A DNA stretch of 64,000 bases from an uncultured Gemmatimonadaceae bacterium (GCA_963740355.1 CAVUDW010000002.1:2208001-2272000); one strand, 5' to 3'. Numbered from the stretch's first letter, positions 31,764 to 42,231 are shown. The notes: a model not told the origin generated them from the sequence alone. Translations and numbers: made by a program.

Positions 31764-33557
31764 ATGCTATCCGCCCATCTGACCATCGCAGTGCGCCGCG
31801 CGCGCCTCCTGCTGCCACTGCTCGCGTGTGTCTCCGCCGCAGCGGTCGCGCAGTCGCAAAAGCCGGTCACGGAGGTCACCGCGACAGCCGCGCCCGCCAG
31901 CCCGCTCGAATACGCGAAGCGCGCGCAAACCGAGTTCGAACGCGCCCGGCGCGACGGACTCGGCTTCAGTTCCGGCGGGGCGACCTCGGAACCCGATGTC
32001 CAGTTCGGCAGCATCTTCTACTGGAACAACAACAACGACGTCCCGCCGCGCCCCGAACAAGCCGAAATCGGCGTCGCGCGCAAGCGACTCCTGCAGGCCC
32101 TCTCCGAGGCCGCGCTCGCCGCGCCGACGGATGACTGGGTCGCCGGCCAGCGCGTCAAGTATTCGATCGAGGCCAAGGATTTCGCTGGCGCCAATGCCGT
32201 CATCAGCGACTGCAAGGCCACCACCTGGTGGTGCGCTGCGCTCACGGGTCTGGTGCGCCATACGCAGAACGATGCGCCCGGCGCCGAGCGGGCCTTCAAC
32301 AACGCGCTGTCCCAGATGCCTGAGGCACAGCGCTGCCAATGGCAGGACATTTCGCCGTGGCTCAAGAAGGCCGACAGTCTCGCCTATCTCGCCAAGAGCT
32401 GCGCTGAGCGCATCGCCTACAACACGCGGGTGTTCTGGCTCGGAAAGCCGTTCGCGCACCTCGACGGCAACGACCTGCGGAACGAACTGCTGGCGCGGCG
32501 TACGTACAACACCATCGAAACCAACACGGCGACCGTCTACGGCCCGTGGAAGCCGGAGTTCGGCGAGTCGCAGCTGCGCTATGGCTGGCCAGTGGCCTGG
32601 TCGAAGCAGAACACCATCGTCAGCCGTCGCGGCGATATGGTGTCGAACACCATCGGCCACGAGCCGACGCCAAGCCACGATTTCATGCCGAGCGCCGCCG
32701 CGTTGGCAAATCCGTTCACCGCCACCCCGGCTGACTATCCGCTCAATGCGCGCTATGCGCAGATGCGCTATGCGCCGCGCTATGCACCCGGCGGATTCCA
32801 GGACCTCGGCGGACAGTTGGTGCGCTTCCGCCGCGGTGACTCGACGATGCTGGTTGGCGCCTACGTGCTCGATGGCAAGGCGCGCTACGAGCGCGGCAAG
32901 ACCCGCGCGGCGCTGGTGCTGGAGCGCGGCCCCGAGGCGCGGATTTCGCGCATCGTGAAGGATGGCCAGCCGCTCCGCGGTGCTATCGCGGTGAACGCCG
33001 GCGTGATGCGCGACACGCTCCTCGGCAGCATCGAGATTCTCAGCGAAGCGCGAAAGTTCGCGGGACGCTATCGCACCGGCGTAGCGCCGATCGAACGCGA
33101 CGCGATGCTCTCCGACCTGTTGCTGCTGTCGGTGAAGGCGACAGACGCCAGTTCGGCTGGCCTCGCCGGTATCGCGACGCTGGAGTCGGTTCTGACGTCG
33201 GCGCTCGGCGGCACCGACATCGGGGATGGGCAGTCGTTCGGCGTCTTCTGGGAGTACTACGGCGGGCCAGGGGCGACCGTCACCATTTCGATCACACCGA
33301 TGGACACCGCCAGCGGTTTCCGACGACTCGGATCGCTCTTCCGCCTCGGTGGCGGTCCTGGCGGCGGTGCGTCGCTCCGCATTCCTGACCCCGCGCAGCC
33401 AGATGGTGGGCCTGGCCGTCGACTGACGCTGACGATGCCGGAAGTGAAGCCTGGACGCTATCGGCTCGCGGTCGAGGTGACGTCGCCGGGAGCTGCTCCG
33501 GCGCGCCGTGAGCTCGTGATCCGTGTGCCCGAAGGACCGCCGGCGGCCATGCGTTAG
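31764..33557 (+). CDS. Secreted hypothetical protein (TPR-like helices, Cys pairs, LRYGWP motif, C-terminal Ig-like region)
   Basis: Signal peptide (..AVAQ); strongly biased coding-like codon usage; C-terminal PGRYRLAVEV. Confidence 0.8.
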   Translation: MLSAHLTIAVRRARLLLPLLACVSAAAVAQSQKPVTEVTATAAPASPLEYAKRAQTEFERARRDGLGFSSGGATSEPDVQFGSIFYWNNNNDVPPRPEQAEIGVARKRLLQALSEAALAAPTDDWVAGQRVKYSIEAKDFAGANAVISDCKATTWWCAALTGLVRHTQNDAPGAERAFNNALSQMPEAQRCQWQDISPWLKKADSLAYLAKSCAERIAYNTRVFWLGKPFAHLDGNDLRNELLARRTYNTIETNTATVYGPWKPEFGESQLRYGWPVAWSKQNTIVSRRGDMVSNTIGHEPTPSHDFMPSAAALANPFTATPADYPLNARYAQMRYAPRYAPGGFQDLGGQLVRFRRGDSTMLVGAYVLDGKARYERGKTRAALVLERGPEARISRIVKDGQPLRGAIAVNAGVMRDTLLGSIEILSEARKFAGRYRTGVAPIERDAMLSDLLLLSVKATDASSAGLAGIATLESVLTSALGGTDIGDGQSFGVFWEYYGGPGATVTISITPMDTASGFRRLGSLFRLGGGPGGGASLRIPDPAQPDGGPGRRLTLTMPEVKPGRYRLAVEVTSPGAAPARRELVIRVPEGPPAAMR

Positions 33558-33672
33558 CGCCGGCGCGTCGCTCTATTCGGAGACGCGCACGATGTGAAGT
33601 GGATGGCGAACTAGACCGAAATGTCGGGTTTTCGACGACATCTGCGATTTAGTGAAGCCCCTCGTGCATCTA

Positions 33673-33701
33673 TTGACGTAACCTGTCCCGGCCGCCAGCT
33701 T
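33673..33701 (+). promoter_or_regulatory. Putative promoter for the TonB-dependent receptor
   Basis: TTGACG-N17-CAGCTT. Confidence 0.35.
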
Positions 33702-33811
33702 CGGCCCCACTGATACCCTTCGGATACAGTGGGCTGGCCGCTTCGACGCGTTACCATCGCGTGCACGCTCGGAGTGAACCGGCTCGCCTCAACCACACCA
33801 CGAGGTGCTGA

Positions 33812-36754
33812 GTGCTGCGTTTCTCCGTTCGCCGTCTCCTGCCGGTTGTCGCGAGCGTGTTGTTCGCCGCGACCGCCGCAGCGCAGAGCGGCTCGCTCAC
33901 TGGTCGCGTCACGACCAAGGACGCTGGCCGTCCCCTCGACAATGCGCGGATTACTCTCTCTGACGGTGCGCGCACAATCGGTGCTGCGACCAGTGGGGAA
34001 ACCGGCGTCTATGCAATCCCGAATGTCGCGGCCGGCACATACACAGCCACCATCAGCCGCATCGGCTACCAGCTGCAGCGATTCCCGGGCATCACCATTC
34101 GCAGCGGTCAGCCCACCACACTGAATGCGTCGCTCGACGAAATCCCGACGCAGCTCAATGCCGTGGTCACCACGGCGTCGCGCAAGCCAGAAAAGGCGCT
34201 CGACGCACCAGCCTCGCTCTCCGTCGTCACCAGCGAGACCATCGAGCGCAAGCCATCGATCAGCGTCGCCGACCTCGTCAAGGGGCAGCCGGGTATCGAC
34301 GTCTCGAGCGGCGGTATCGCGCAGTCGATGATCGTGGCTCGCGGCTTCAACAACGCCTTCAGCGGTTCGCTGCTGATGCTGCAGGACTATCGCTTCGCCG
34401 GCGTGCCGTCGCTGCGCGTCAACGTGCCGTACCTCTCGCTCGGCCAGTCCGAAGACATCGAGCGCGTGGAATTGCTCCTCGGTCCAGCCTCGGCGCTCTA
34501 CGGCCCGAACTCCGGTGCCGGTGTGCTGCACGTGATCACCAAGTCGCCGTTCTCTTCACAGGGCACGACCCTGTCGGTGCAGGGCGGCCAGCAGAGCATC
34601 TTCCGCGGTGCCATTCGTCACGCGGGCACCGTCGGCAAGCGCTTCGGCTACAAGCTGAGCGGCGAGTACATGAGCGGCGACGACTTCAAGTACGACGATC
34701 CGGGTGAGCCGGACTCGATCTCGCGCCCGCTGACGCCTGGTGGCACTCGTCAGCGCGTATTGAACCAGCGTGACTTCGCCTTCGAGCGCTTGAATGGCGA
34801 GGCGCGCATGGACATCCGCCCGACCGATAACTCCGAGCTCATCACCACCGTCAGCATGACCAAGGTGCCGACGGCGATCGAGCTCACTGGTGCCAACGGT
34901 GCCTCCCAAATTCGCAACTGGAGCTACCAGAACTTCCAGCAGCGCATTCGTGTCGGCCGCCTGTTCATTCAGGGCTTCGCCAACATCAGCAACGCCGGCA
35001 ACGAAAACTCCAGCGACTCGCGCGGAACCTTCCTGCTCCGCAACGGACAGCCGATCGTCGACAAGTCGCGCGTGTACACTGGCCAGATCCAGCACGGCTT
35101 CGGTCTCAACAAGGGCCGCACCGACTTCATCTACGGTGTGGACTACATCAAGACCAATCCGCAGACCGGCAACACGATCAACGGCAACAACGAAGCGGTG
35201 GACAACGTCACGGAGTACGGCGGCTACATCCAGGGCAAGACGGCCCTCAGCAGCCGCTGGGACTTCCTTGCCGCACTCCGCGTCGACAAGAACAACGTGA
35301 TCGATGGCCAGTTCGTGTCGCCGCGTGCCGCACTCACGTTCAAGGCCGCCGAGAACCAGTCGCTGCGCTTCACGTTCAATCGCTCGTTCAACACGCCGGC
35401 CAACTTCTCGTTCTTCCTCGACCTGCCGTCGGTGGTCGACGCCGCCGGTTTCCGCCGCAATGCATCGCTGACGCCGTTCAACTTGCCGACGTATGACGTC
35501 ATCGCGACGGGTAACCGTCCGAAGGTCGGCATGGGCTTTGACCGCAGCTGCACGGGCACCAGTGGGTTCGGCAGCTTCTGCATGCGCTCACCATTCATCA
35601 ACAACGGCGGCACGGTCGTTCCGGCCAGCGCTGCCACTGCACTCCCGGCATTCGTCGCCTTCCGCCAGCCGGTCTTCACCGGTGCGCTGGCACAGGGGTA
35701 TGCTCCTGCGTTCTCCGGATTCGGCGCCGCTGGTGCCGTCATCGCACAGGGCCTTGCCAACGCCGTCGTGTCGCGCCTCGCCGCGTCGACGCCGACCAAC
35801 GCGCAGATCCCGACGGTCGGTCGTCTTGGTAGCTCGCTCATCTCGGATGTCGCGGTCACCGACCTGCCACCGCTCAACGCCTCCTTCGACAACACCTTCG
35901 AAGTCGGCTACAAGGGCCTCGGCATGAACGGCAAGCTGTCGTTCGACTTCAGCGCCTGGGCACAGCAGCGTGGTGGTGGCGCCATCACGGCCTCGCTGGT
36001 CACGCCGTGGATCTTCGCCAGCCCGGCGCAGACCGGTGCGTTCGTCGGCGCGCAGGCCGGTGCCGCAATGCAGGCCTACGTCACCGCCGAAGTCCAGGCT
36101 GGTCGTCTCACGCCTGCACAGGGTGCCGCGATCGGCGCGCAGATTCCTGCCCTTGCCGGCGGTGCGGCCACCAGCCTCACGCCGTTGCTCGCCGGAATTC
36201 CGCTCGGAACGGTTGGATTCGACGATCCCATCAACACCAACTACAACCTGCGCGCCACCTATCGCCGCGTCGATACGAAGATCAACGTCTGGGGCTCTGA
36301 CCTTGGCCTCTCGTACCAGTTCACGCAGGACTTCGCGATGGACGTGACGGCCAGCGTCGTCAACCGCGTGGTGTTCGACGAACTGCAAGTCGGTACGTCG
36401 CCACTGGCACTCAACGCACCAGGCGCCAAGACCACCCTCACGGCGCGCTACCTTGGCCAGGAAACCGGCTTCGGGCTGGAAGGTCGCTGGCGCTACACCG
36501 ATGCGTTCCCCGTGAACTCCGGTGTGTACGAGAGCGGCGTGCTCAACCCGAGCAACGCTGGTCCGTTCACCTACGCCCCGGTCGCCGTCAGCAATCAGTT
36601 CGACGTGCAGGTGTCCAAGCGCTTTGCCAGCATCGGCAAGGGAGTCGTCTGGAGCCTGAACGTGCAGAATGTGTTCGATAACAAGGTGGCCACCTTCGTC
36701 GGCGTCCCGGCGCTCGGTCGGTTGGCGCTCACCAAGCTGTCGTATACGTTCTGA
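33812..36754 (+). CDS. TonB-dependent outer-membrane receptor
   Basis: Signal peptide; N-terminal carboxypeptidase-like domain; VVTTASR TonB box; plug IERVELLLGPASALYG..GVLHVITK; NVQNVFD; terminal YTF; GAGG SD. Confidence 0.93.
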   Translation: MLRFSVRRLLPVVASVLFAATAAAQSGSLTGRVTTKDAGRPLDNARITLSDGARTIGAATSGETGVYAIPNVAAGTYTATISRIGYQLQRFPGITIRSGQPTTLNASLDEIPTQLNAVVTTASRKPEKALDAPASLSVVTSETIERKPSISVADLVKGQPGIDVSSGGIAQSMIVARGFNNAFSGSLLMLQDYRFAGVPSLRVNVPYLSLGQSEDIERVELLLGPASALYGPNSGAGVLHVITKSPFSSQGTTLSVQGGQQSIFRGAIRHAGTVGKRFGYKLSGEYMSGDDFKYDDPGEPDSISRPLTPGGTRQRVLNQRDFAFERLNGEARMDIRPTDNSELITTVSMTKVPTAIELTGANGASQIRNWSYQNFQQRIRVGRLFIQGFANISNAGNENSSDSRGTFLLRNGQPIVDKSRVYTGQIQHGFGLNKGRTDFIYGVDYIKTNPQTGNTINGNNEAVDNVTEYGGYIQGKTALSSRWDFLAALRVDKNNVIDGQFVSPRAALTFKAAENQSLRFTFNRSFNTPANFSFFLDLPSVVDAAGFRRNASLTPFNLPTYDVIATGNRPKVGMGFDRSCTGTSGFGSFCMRSPFINNGGTVVPASAATALPAFVAFRQPVFTGALAQGYAPAFSGFGAAGAVIAQGLANAVVSRLAASTPTNAQIPTVGRLGSSLISDVAVTDLPPLNASFDNTFEVGYKGLGMNGKLSFDFSAWAQQRGGGAITASLVTPWIFASPAQTGAFVGAQAGAAMQAYVTAEVQAGRLTPAQGAAIGAQIPALAGGAATSLTPLLAGIPLGTVGFDDPINTNYNLRATYRRVDTKINVWGSDLGLSYQFTQDFAMDVTASVVNRVVFDELQVGTSPLALNAPGAKTTLTARYLGQETGFGLEGRWRYTDAFPVNSGVYESGVLNPSNAGPFTYAPVAVSNQFDVQVSKRFASIGKGVVWSLNVQNVFDNKVATFVGVPALGRLALTKLSYTF

Positions 36755-36774
36755 TTGCTCCTGCGGCAGGGCGC

Positions 36775-36807
36775 ACGGGGCGGCTCGCAGCATGCGAGCC
36801 GCCCCGT
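36775..36807 (+). terminator. Perfect 15-bp hairpin after the TonB receptor
   Basis: ACGGGGCGGCTCGCA-GCA-TGCGAGCCGCCCCGT. Confidence 0.6.
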
Positions 36808-36838
36808 TGCGCACCACCTCTTTCGGGTCGTGCCTTCG

Positions 36839-37609
36839 ATGTCGCTGATCCTCCACCCAGGATCACCGTTGGTGATTGGTCACCGTGGGGCTGCCGCCGT
36901 GCGGCCGGAAAACACGTTGCCCTCATTCCAGCACGCACTCGACCTCGGCGTAGATGCCGTCGAATTCGATGTGCGCGTGACGGGCGATGGCGTGGCGGTG
37001 GTGCACCACGATCCCACCACGTTGCGCACCTGTGGTGAACTGGTGCTGGTGGAACAGGCGAGCATCGGCAGGCTGCGAAAGCTCGATGCCGCTGCGACCT
37101 TCGAGGGCGACTTCCGTTCGCCCCGCCGCGTCACGATCCCACTGCTCGATGAAGTGCTCGAACTCACCAAGTCCGTGCCGGTGATCATCGAGTGCAAGAC
37201 GGTTGATGCGGCACCGCTGGTCATCCAGGCGTTGCGGGCACATCGTGCGACCGATCGCGCGTTGGTGGGGAGTTTCCTGCACGGCGCGATGCGGATCACC
37301 CGCGCCGCATCGTTGCCGAGCGGCGCCTCGCGACGCGACATGATCGCGTTGCTGCTGCGCGGTGCCATTCGATGGGCCCCGCGCCGTCTCCCGTATGCGG
37401 CCATGTGCCTACCCGAGGCATCCTCCGGGATCACGCTGCCACTGGCACGCTTCGCTCGATGGGGCGCGGCCATTGGGGTGCCCGTGCACGTCTGGACGGT
37501 GAACTCGGCGGACGACGCCAACCGCCTCTGGGATGCAGGTATCACTGGCATGATTTCCGACGACCCTGCCACGATCCTTGCGGCGCGAGCCGCACGCGTC
37601 ATGCGGTGA
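36839..37609 (+). CDS. Glycerophosphodiester phosphodiesterase
   Basis: IGHRG, PENTL, VEFDV, HHD, HVWTVN, GMISDDP. Confidence 0.9.
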   Translation: MSLILHPGSPLVIGHRGAAAVRPENTLPSFQHALDLGVDAVEFDVRVTGDGVAVVHHDPTTLRTCGELVLVEQASIGRLRKLDAAATFEGDFRSPRRVTIPLLDEVLELTKSVPVIIECKTVDAAPLVIQALRAHRATDRALVGSFLHGAMRITRAASLPSGASRRDMIALLLRGAIRWAPRRLPYAAMCLPEASSGITLPLARFARWGAAIGVPVHVWTVNSADDANRLWDAGITGMISDDPATILAARAARVMR

Positions 37610-37680
37610 GCATGCGTCGGCAGGCACGCAGGGCGCGCCTGACTTCAGTTCCGGACCGGCATGCGGCATATTGCCAGCCG

Positions 37681-38232
37681 ATGACATTACCACAGACGAT
37701 CCTCGACGCACGGGCCTGCGAGCGCACCCTGCGCCGGATGGCGGACGAAATTGTCGAGCGAACCGCCGGCACAGAGTCGCTCGTTCTGGTTGGCATTCAG
37801 CGCCGCGGCGTTCAGCTGGCCGCCCGGTTGGCGTCACTGATCGAGGAGCGGGAAGGGAAGCCGGTCCCGCGTGGTGCGCTCGACATCACGCTCTATCGCG
37901 ACGACCTGCAGACGGTCGGCCCGCGACCGCTGGTCGGCGCGACCGAGCTGCCCGTCGACATCGATGACAAGCAGGTCGTGATCGTTGACGATGTGCTCTA
38001 CACCGGTCGCACGGTGCGCGCAGCGCTCGACGAGTTGGCTGACTTCGGCCGCCCAGCGCGTATCCTGTTGGCGGTCCTGATCGATCGCGGTGGGCAGGAA
38101 CTCCCGATCCGCGCCGATGTCATCGGCAAGGTCGTGACGGTACCAGCCGGCTCCCAGGTCGATGTGCGGGTGGCGGAACTCGACGGTGACGACACCGTCG
38201 TCGTCAGTGACGCGAGGTCGCGCGGCGCATGA
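37681..38232 (+). CDS. pyrR: Bifunctional pyr regulator / uracil phosphoribosyltransferase
   Basis: [39 protein letters not shown]. Confidence 0.94.
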   Translation: MTLPQTILDARACERTLRRMADEIVERTAGTESLVLVGIQRRGVQLAARLASLIEEREGKPVPRGALDITLYRDDLQTVGPRPLVGATELPVDIDDKQVVIVDDVLYTGRTVRAALDELADFGRPARILLAVLIDRGGQELPIRADVIGKVVTVPAGSQVDVRVAELDGDDTVVVSDARSRGA

Positions 38233-39191
38233 CGGGACTCGGCAAGGATCTGCTGGACCTCGAGTCGCTGAGTGCCGACCAGATCACTGCCATTCTCGAC
38301 ACCGCTGAACCGCTCAAGGCCATCAGCCTGCGCGCGATCAAGAAGGTGCCGACGATGCGTGGTGCAACGATCGTCAACCTCTTCTTCGAAGCGTCGACGC
38401 GCACTCGCGTGAGCTTCGAGTTCGCCGAGAAGCGCATGTCGGCCGACGCGGTCAACGTGGCGATCGGGAACTCGTCGGTGAGCAAGGGCGAGACGCTGGT
38501 GGACACGGCGCGCAATCTCGAGGCGATGAAGATCGACATGGTCGTCATCCGCCATCAGGCGAGTGGCGCGGCGCGATTCCTCGCCGAGCGCATCGAGTCG
38601 AACGTCATCAACGCCGGCGATGGCACACATGAGCACCCCACGCAGGGCTTGCTCGACCTGCTCACGCTGCGCGACAAGTGGGGCTCGCTGGCAGGCAAGC
38701 GCGTCTGCCTCTGCGGCGACGTACTGCACAGCCGCGTCGCGCGATCGAACATCCATGGGCTGCGGAAGCTCGGTGCGGAAGTGGCCGTGTGTGGCCCGCG
38801 ATCGTTGTTGCCGAATGGTGCCGAGGAGGCGCTCGGCGTGACGGTGTTCGATCGGATCGAGGCCGCGATCGAGTGGGCTGATGCGCTCAACATCCTGCGG
38901 CTCCAGCTGGAGCGCATGACGGCTGGGTACATCCCGTCCTTGCGCGAATACAACCGCGTGTTCGGTGTCACGCGCGACCGGCTCGAGCGCGCACCACGCG
39001 ACCTGTTGATCCTGCACCCTGGTCCGATGAATCGCGGGGTCGAGATCGATTCCGATGTCGCCGACGGCCCGCACAGCCTGATCCTCGATCAGGTGACGAA
39101 CGGCGTCGCGATCCGCATGGCGGTGCTCTACCTGTTGCGTGGCGGACGACCCGATCTCGCGGCGGCTGGTTCCGCCGCGGGCAACGAGTGA
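38229..39191 (+). CDS. pyrB: Aspartate carbamoyltransferase catalytic subunit
   Basis: [25 protein letters not shown]. Confidence 0.96.
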   Translation: MTGLGKDLLDLESLSADQITAILDTAEPLKAISLRAIKKVPTMRGATIVNLFFEASTRTRVSFEFAEKRMSADAVNVAIGNSSVSKGETLVDTARNLEAMKIDMVVIRHQASGAARFLAERIESNVINAGDGTHEHPTQGLLDLLTLRDKWGSLAGKRVCLCGDVLHSRVARSNIHGLRKLGAEVAVCGPRSLLPNGAEEALGVTVFDRIEAAIEWADALNILRLQLERMTAGYIPSLREYNRVFGVTRDRLERAPRDLLILHPGPMNRGVEIDSDVADGPHSLILDQVTNGVAIRMAVLYLLRGGRPDLAAAGSAAGNE

Positions 39192-39234
39192 TGCACCGCC
39201 GTCGCCGCACCCTTCTTCTACACTCTACAACCGA

Positions 39235-40533
39235 ATGACGATGCGCCCACTGCTGCTGACTGGCGGCCACCTCCTCGATCCCTCGATCGGACTCGATGGT
39301 ATCGGTGACTTGCTGCTGGTGGACGGTACCGTCGCATCAGTCGGCGGAAACATTGCGGGCCCCGAGGACGCGGAACGAATCGACTGCGCCGGGCTGCATG
39401 TAACGCCTGGGTTCATCGATGTGCACTGCCACCTGCGCGAACCCGGCCGCGAAGACGTCGAGACGATCGCCACCGGTGCTCGTGCTGCAGCTGCGGGCGG
39501 ATTTACCGCCGTCTGCGCGATGCCGAATACCGATCCCGTCACCGACAACCAGGCTGCCGTCGGGTTCATCCGTGCTCAGGCCGCGAAGGCCAATGCGTCA
39601 CGGGTGTATCCGATCGGGTCGATTTCGGTTGGGATGAATGGGGTGCAGCTGAGCGAGATGGGTGAGATGGTGGCGGCTGGCGCGGTGGCTGTCAGTGACG
39701 ACGGCCGGCCGGTGGTCAGCGCGCAGCTCATGCGCACGGCGCTCGAATACGCGCGCACCTTCGGAATCCCGGTGGCCGATCACTGCGAAGAGCCGACGTT
39801 GGCGCATGGTGGCGTGATGAATGAAGGCGTCATCAGCGCACGACTCGGCCTCAAGGGGATTCCGTCGGAGAGTGAGGAGATCATGGTCATTCGTGACATC
39901 CTCCTCGCACGACGGACGGGCGGTCGGGTGCATCTCTGCCACATGAGCACATGGGGCAGTGTGGAGCTGATCCGGTGGGGCAAGGAGCGCGGGATTCCCG
40001 TGACCGCCGAAGTCTGTCCGCACCATCTCACGTTGACCGAAGAGCGTGTCGGGCAGTATGACACCAACGCGAAGATGAATCCGCCGTTGCGCACGCAGCG
40101 CGATGTTGATGCGCTGATCGCGGCGCTCAAGGATGGCACCATCGATTGTGTCGCGACTGATCACGCGCCGCATCACAACGACGAAAAGAATCGCGAGTTT
40201 TCCGATGCACCGAATGGCATCGTGGGCCTCGAGACGGCGCTCTCCGTGTTGATGACGTGGCTGGTGACGCCGGGAACCATTTCGTTGTCGCAGCTGGTCG
40301 AGAAGCTGTCGTGTGCCCCGGCGCGCGTGTTCGGCTTGCCGGGCGGAACGTTGCGCCGCGGTTCGATCGCGGACGTCACCGTCTTCGATCCCAGCGCGTC
40401 GTGGACCGTGAAGGGAAGCGACTTCCGCAGCAAGGGTCGCAACTCCCCGTGGCTTGGCAGCACACTCTCCGGTCGGGTGTCACGCTGCATCGTCGGCGGG
40501 CAGCAGGTGCACGTGCGCGACCTCACGGCATGA
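39235..40533 (+). CDS. pyrC: Dihydroorotase
   Basis: DVHCHLREPG, MPNT, KMNPPLR, ATDHAPH; start 39235 or 39241. Confidence 0.95.
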   Translation: MTMRPLLLTGGHLLDPSIGLDGIGDLLLVDGTVASVGGNIAGPEDAERIDCAGLHVTPGFIDVHCHLREPGREDVETIATGARAAAAGGFTAVCAMPNTDPVTDNQAAVGFIRAQAAKANASRVYPIGSISVGMNGVQLSEMGEMVAAGAVAVSDDGRPVVSAQLMRTALEYARTFGIPVADHCEEPTLAHGGVMNEGVISARLGLKGIPSESEEIMVIRDILLARRTGGRVHLCHMSTWGSVELIRWGKERGIPVTAEVCPHHLTLTEERVGQYDTNAKMNPPLRTQRDVDALIAALKDGTIDCVATDHAPHHNDEKNREFSDAPNGIVGLETALSVLMTWLVTPGTISLSQLVEKLSCAPARVFGLPGGTLRRGSIADVTVFDPSASWTVKGSDFRSKGRNSPWLGSTLSGRVSRCIVGGQQVHVRDLTA

Positions 40534-40543
40534 TGCAACGCTG

Positions 40544-41251
40544 ATGGCGATCTCACCGCGTCCGGCGCGCCTGCAGGCGGCCTTTGCCATCCGTGAAGAG
40601 ATGGTGGAGGTCTGCCACGCGCTCGCGGCGCGGCAATTGATCGCCGGCCAGGACGGCAATGTCTCGATGCGCATTGGCGCCGATCGGTTGTTGGTGACAC
40701 CCGCGGGCTTTGCAAAAGGTTCGCTCGATCCGGATGACCTCGTTGAAGTCTCGTTGCGCGGCGAACCACTGGCTGGTCGCCATCGTGTCTCGAGCGAAAT
40801 CGGGTTGCACCTGGCTGCCTACGCTGCGCGAGCCGATGTCGGCGCGGTCGTGCACGCTCATCCGGTGACTGCCACGGCGTTCACGCTAGTCGGCGAAACG
40901 ATCCCGGATGGCGTCCTTGCCGAGCTCATGCTTACGGTCGGCCCGGTCGCTCTCGCGAAATACGCACAGCCTGGTACTGACGAGCTTGGCATGGTGGTAT
41001 CGCCGCTCTTTGCCGAGCACGATGTCGTCTTGCTCGCGCACCACGGCGCGGTGGCGCTGGGCCGGAGCCTGCGTGAGGCTCACTTCGCCATGGAGAGCCT
41101 CGAGCATGGTGCCCGCATGATCCATCTGGCGCGACAGGTCGGAAGGGTGGTTACGTTGGACTCTGCAGCGTGCGATGCGCTGCGCGCTGCCCGGCGAAGG
41201 GCGCGCACCGATGCGGCTGACGTTGCCGCTCTCAAGGAGACTACCGAATGA
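40544..41251 (+). CDS. Class II aldolase/adducin family protein
   Basis: DGNVS, VTPAG..K, SSE..LH, VHAHP, LLAHHG. Confidence 0.9.
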   Translation: MAISPRPARLQAAFAIREEMVEVCHALAARQLIAGQDGNVSMRIGADRLLVTPAGFAKGSLDPDDLVEVSLRGEPLAGRHRVSSEIGLHLAAYAARADVGAVVHAHPVTATAFTLVGETIPDGVLAELMLTVGPVALAKYAQPGTDELGMVVSPLFAEHDVVLLAHHGAVALGRSLREAHFAMESLEHGARMIHLARQVGRVVTLDSAACDALRAARRRARTDAADVAALKETTE

Positions 41252-42177
41252 CTGACGTGACGAACGCTCTCGAAGCCGTCGGCGCGCTGATTGGCGAGCG
41301 CTCGAAGTACGAAGGATGGATCGCGGCGCTGGCTACAAAGAGCGACGTTCCATCACACGTGCTCGAGAAGGTGCGCGCGGACTATACCGGACGTTTGCGT
41401 GGTGTGTTGCAGGCGTTCACGGCGCACACGCCGTCGCTCGAAGCGGCGCTCGCGGAACACCAGGCGCGCGATTCGACGCTCGCAGCACAGGAAAAGTCCA
41501 CTCGCGACGAACACGCCGAAGGCGAGCTGCGTCACATGGTGGGCGAGTATGACAGTGAACAGTGGGACAAGGTGCGCATCAGTCATGAGGCATTGCTGTC
41601 GCGACTTTCCAGCGAACGGCAGGGCATCGCGGCGGAACTGACGAACGTGCAGCGCAGCCTCGCAGCTGCAGCCGAAGCGTCGCAGCGCCTCCGCGCGCTC
41701 GGTGGCGATACCGCCGCATCCCCAGCGCATGCGCGTGATGACTCGCCGACGCCCGCGATCCTGGCCGCAATGTCCGAGCCGATTGCGCCGCCGCCGGCCT
41801 TCATCGCACCGGAGCCAGCGCCGGCGCCAGCACTGTCGCCGAACACCTACCGCCCGACGCCGCCGTCGCCCCCGCAGGAACTGATGGATCGCCGCGCGCA
41901 GCTCGACGATCTCGGGTTTCTCCGCAGCGCGCCGCGTACTGCGCCGCGAGAGAATGGTGTCGATGTCCAAACCGCGCCGACGGCCACCGCCGCGCGCCCG
42001 GCCGACGCGCCGGTGCTCCGCATCGTGCCGGACGCGCCCGCACCGGTGCCGACGCCGTCGTCCTCCGGACAGACCGTGGACGCCGCCAAGACCCTGCGGT
42101 GTGCCGAGTGCGGCACCATGAACTACCCGACCGAGTGGTACTGCGAACGGTGCGGCGGAGAGCTCGCCGTCCTGTAG
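41248..42177 (+). CDS. Hypothetical coiled-coil protein with Pro-rich linker and C-terminal zinc ribbon
   Basis: AAGGAG SD; C-terminal CAECGTMNYPTEWYCERCG. Confidence 0.8.
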   Translation: MTDVTNALEAVGALIGERSKYEGWIAALATKSDVPSHVLEKVRADYTGRLRGVLQAFTAHTPSLEAALAEHQARDSTLAAQEKSTRDEHAEGELRHMVGEYDSEQWDKVRISHEALLSRLSSERQGIAAELTNVQRSLAAAAEASQRLRALGGDTAASPAHARDDSPTPAILAAMSEPIAPPPAFIAPEPAPAPALSPNTYRPTPPSPPQELMDRRAQLDDLGFLRSAPRTAPRENGVDVQTAPTATAARPADAPVLRIVPDAPAPVPTPSSSGQTVDAAKTLRCAECGTMNYPTEWYCERCGGELAVL

Positions 42178-42199
42178 CCCGCCAGACTGTCCTGCAACG

Positions 42200-42231
42200 C
42201 AAACGGGCGAACCACTTGGTTCGCCCGTTTG
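42200..42231. terminator. Bidirectional intrinsic terminator
   Basis: CAAACGGGCGAACCA / TGGTTCGCCCGTTTG between convergent genes. Confidence 0.7.

Noticed and set aside
33558..33811. Cobalamin riboswitch upstream of the TonB receptor
   Set aside because: Conserved GGGAA / GCCACTG / B12-box arrangement not found; reported only as an unclassified hairpin
37610..37680. Possible PyrR attenuator
   Set aside because: No recognisable PyrR-binding loop or terminator/antiterminator in the 71-nt gap
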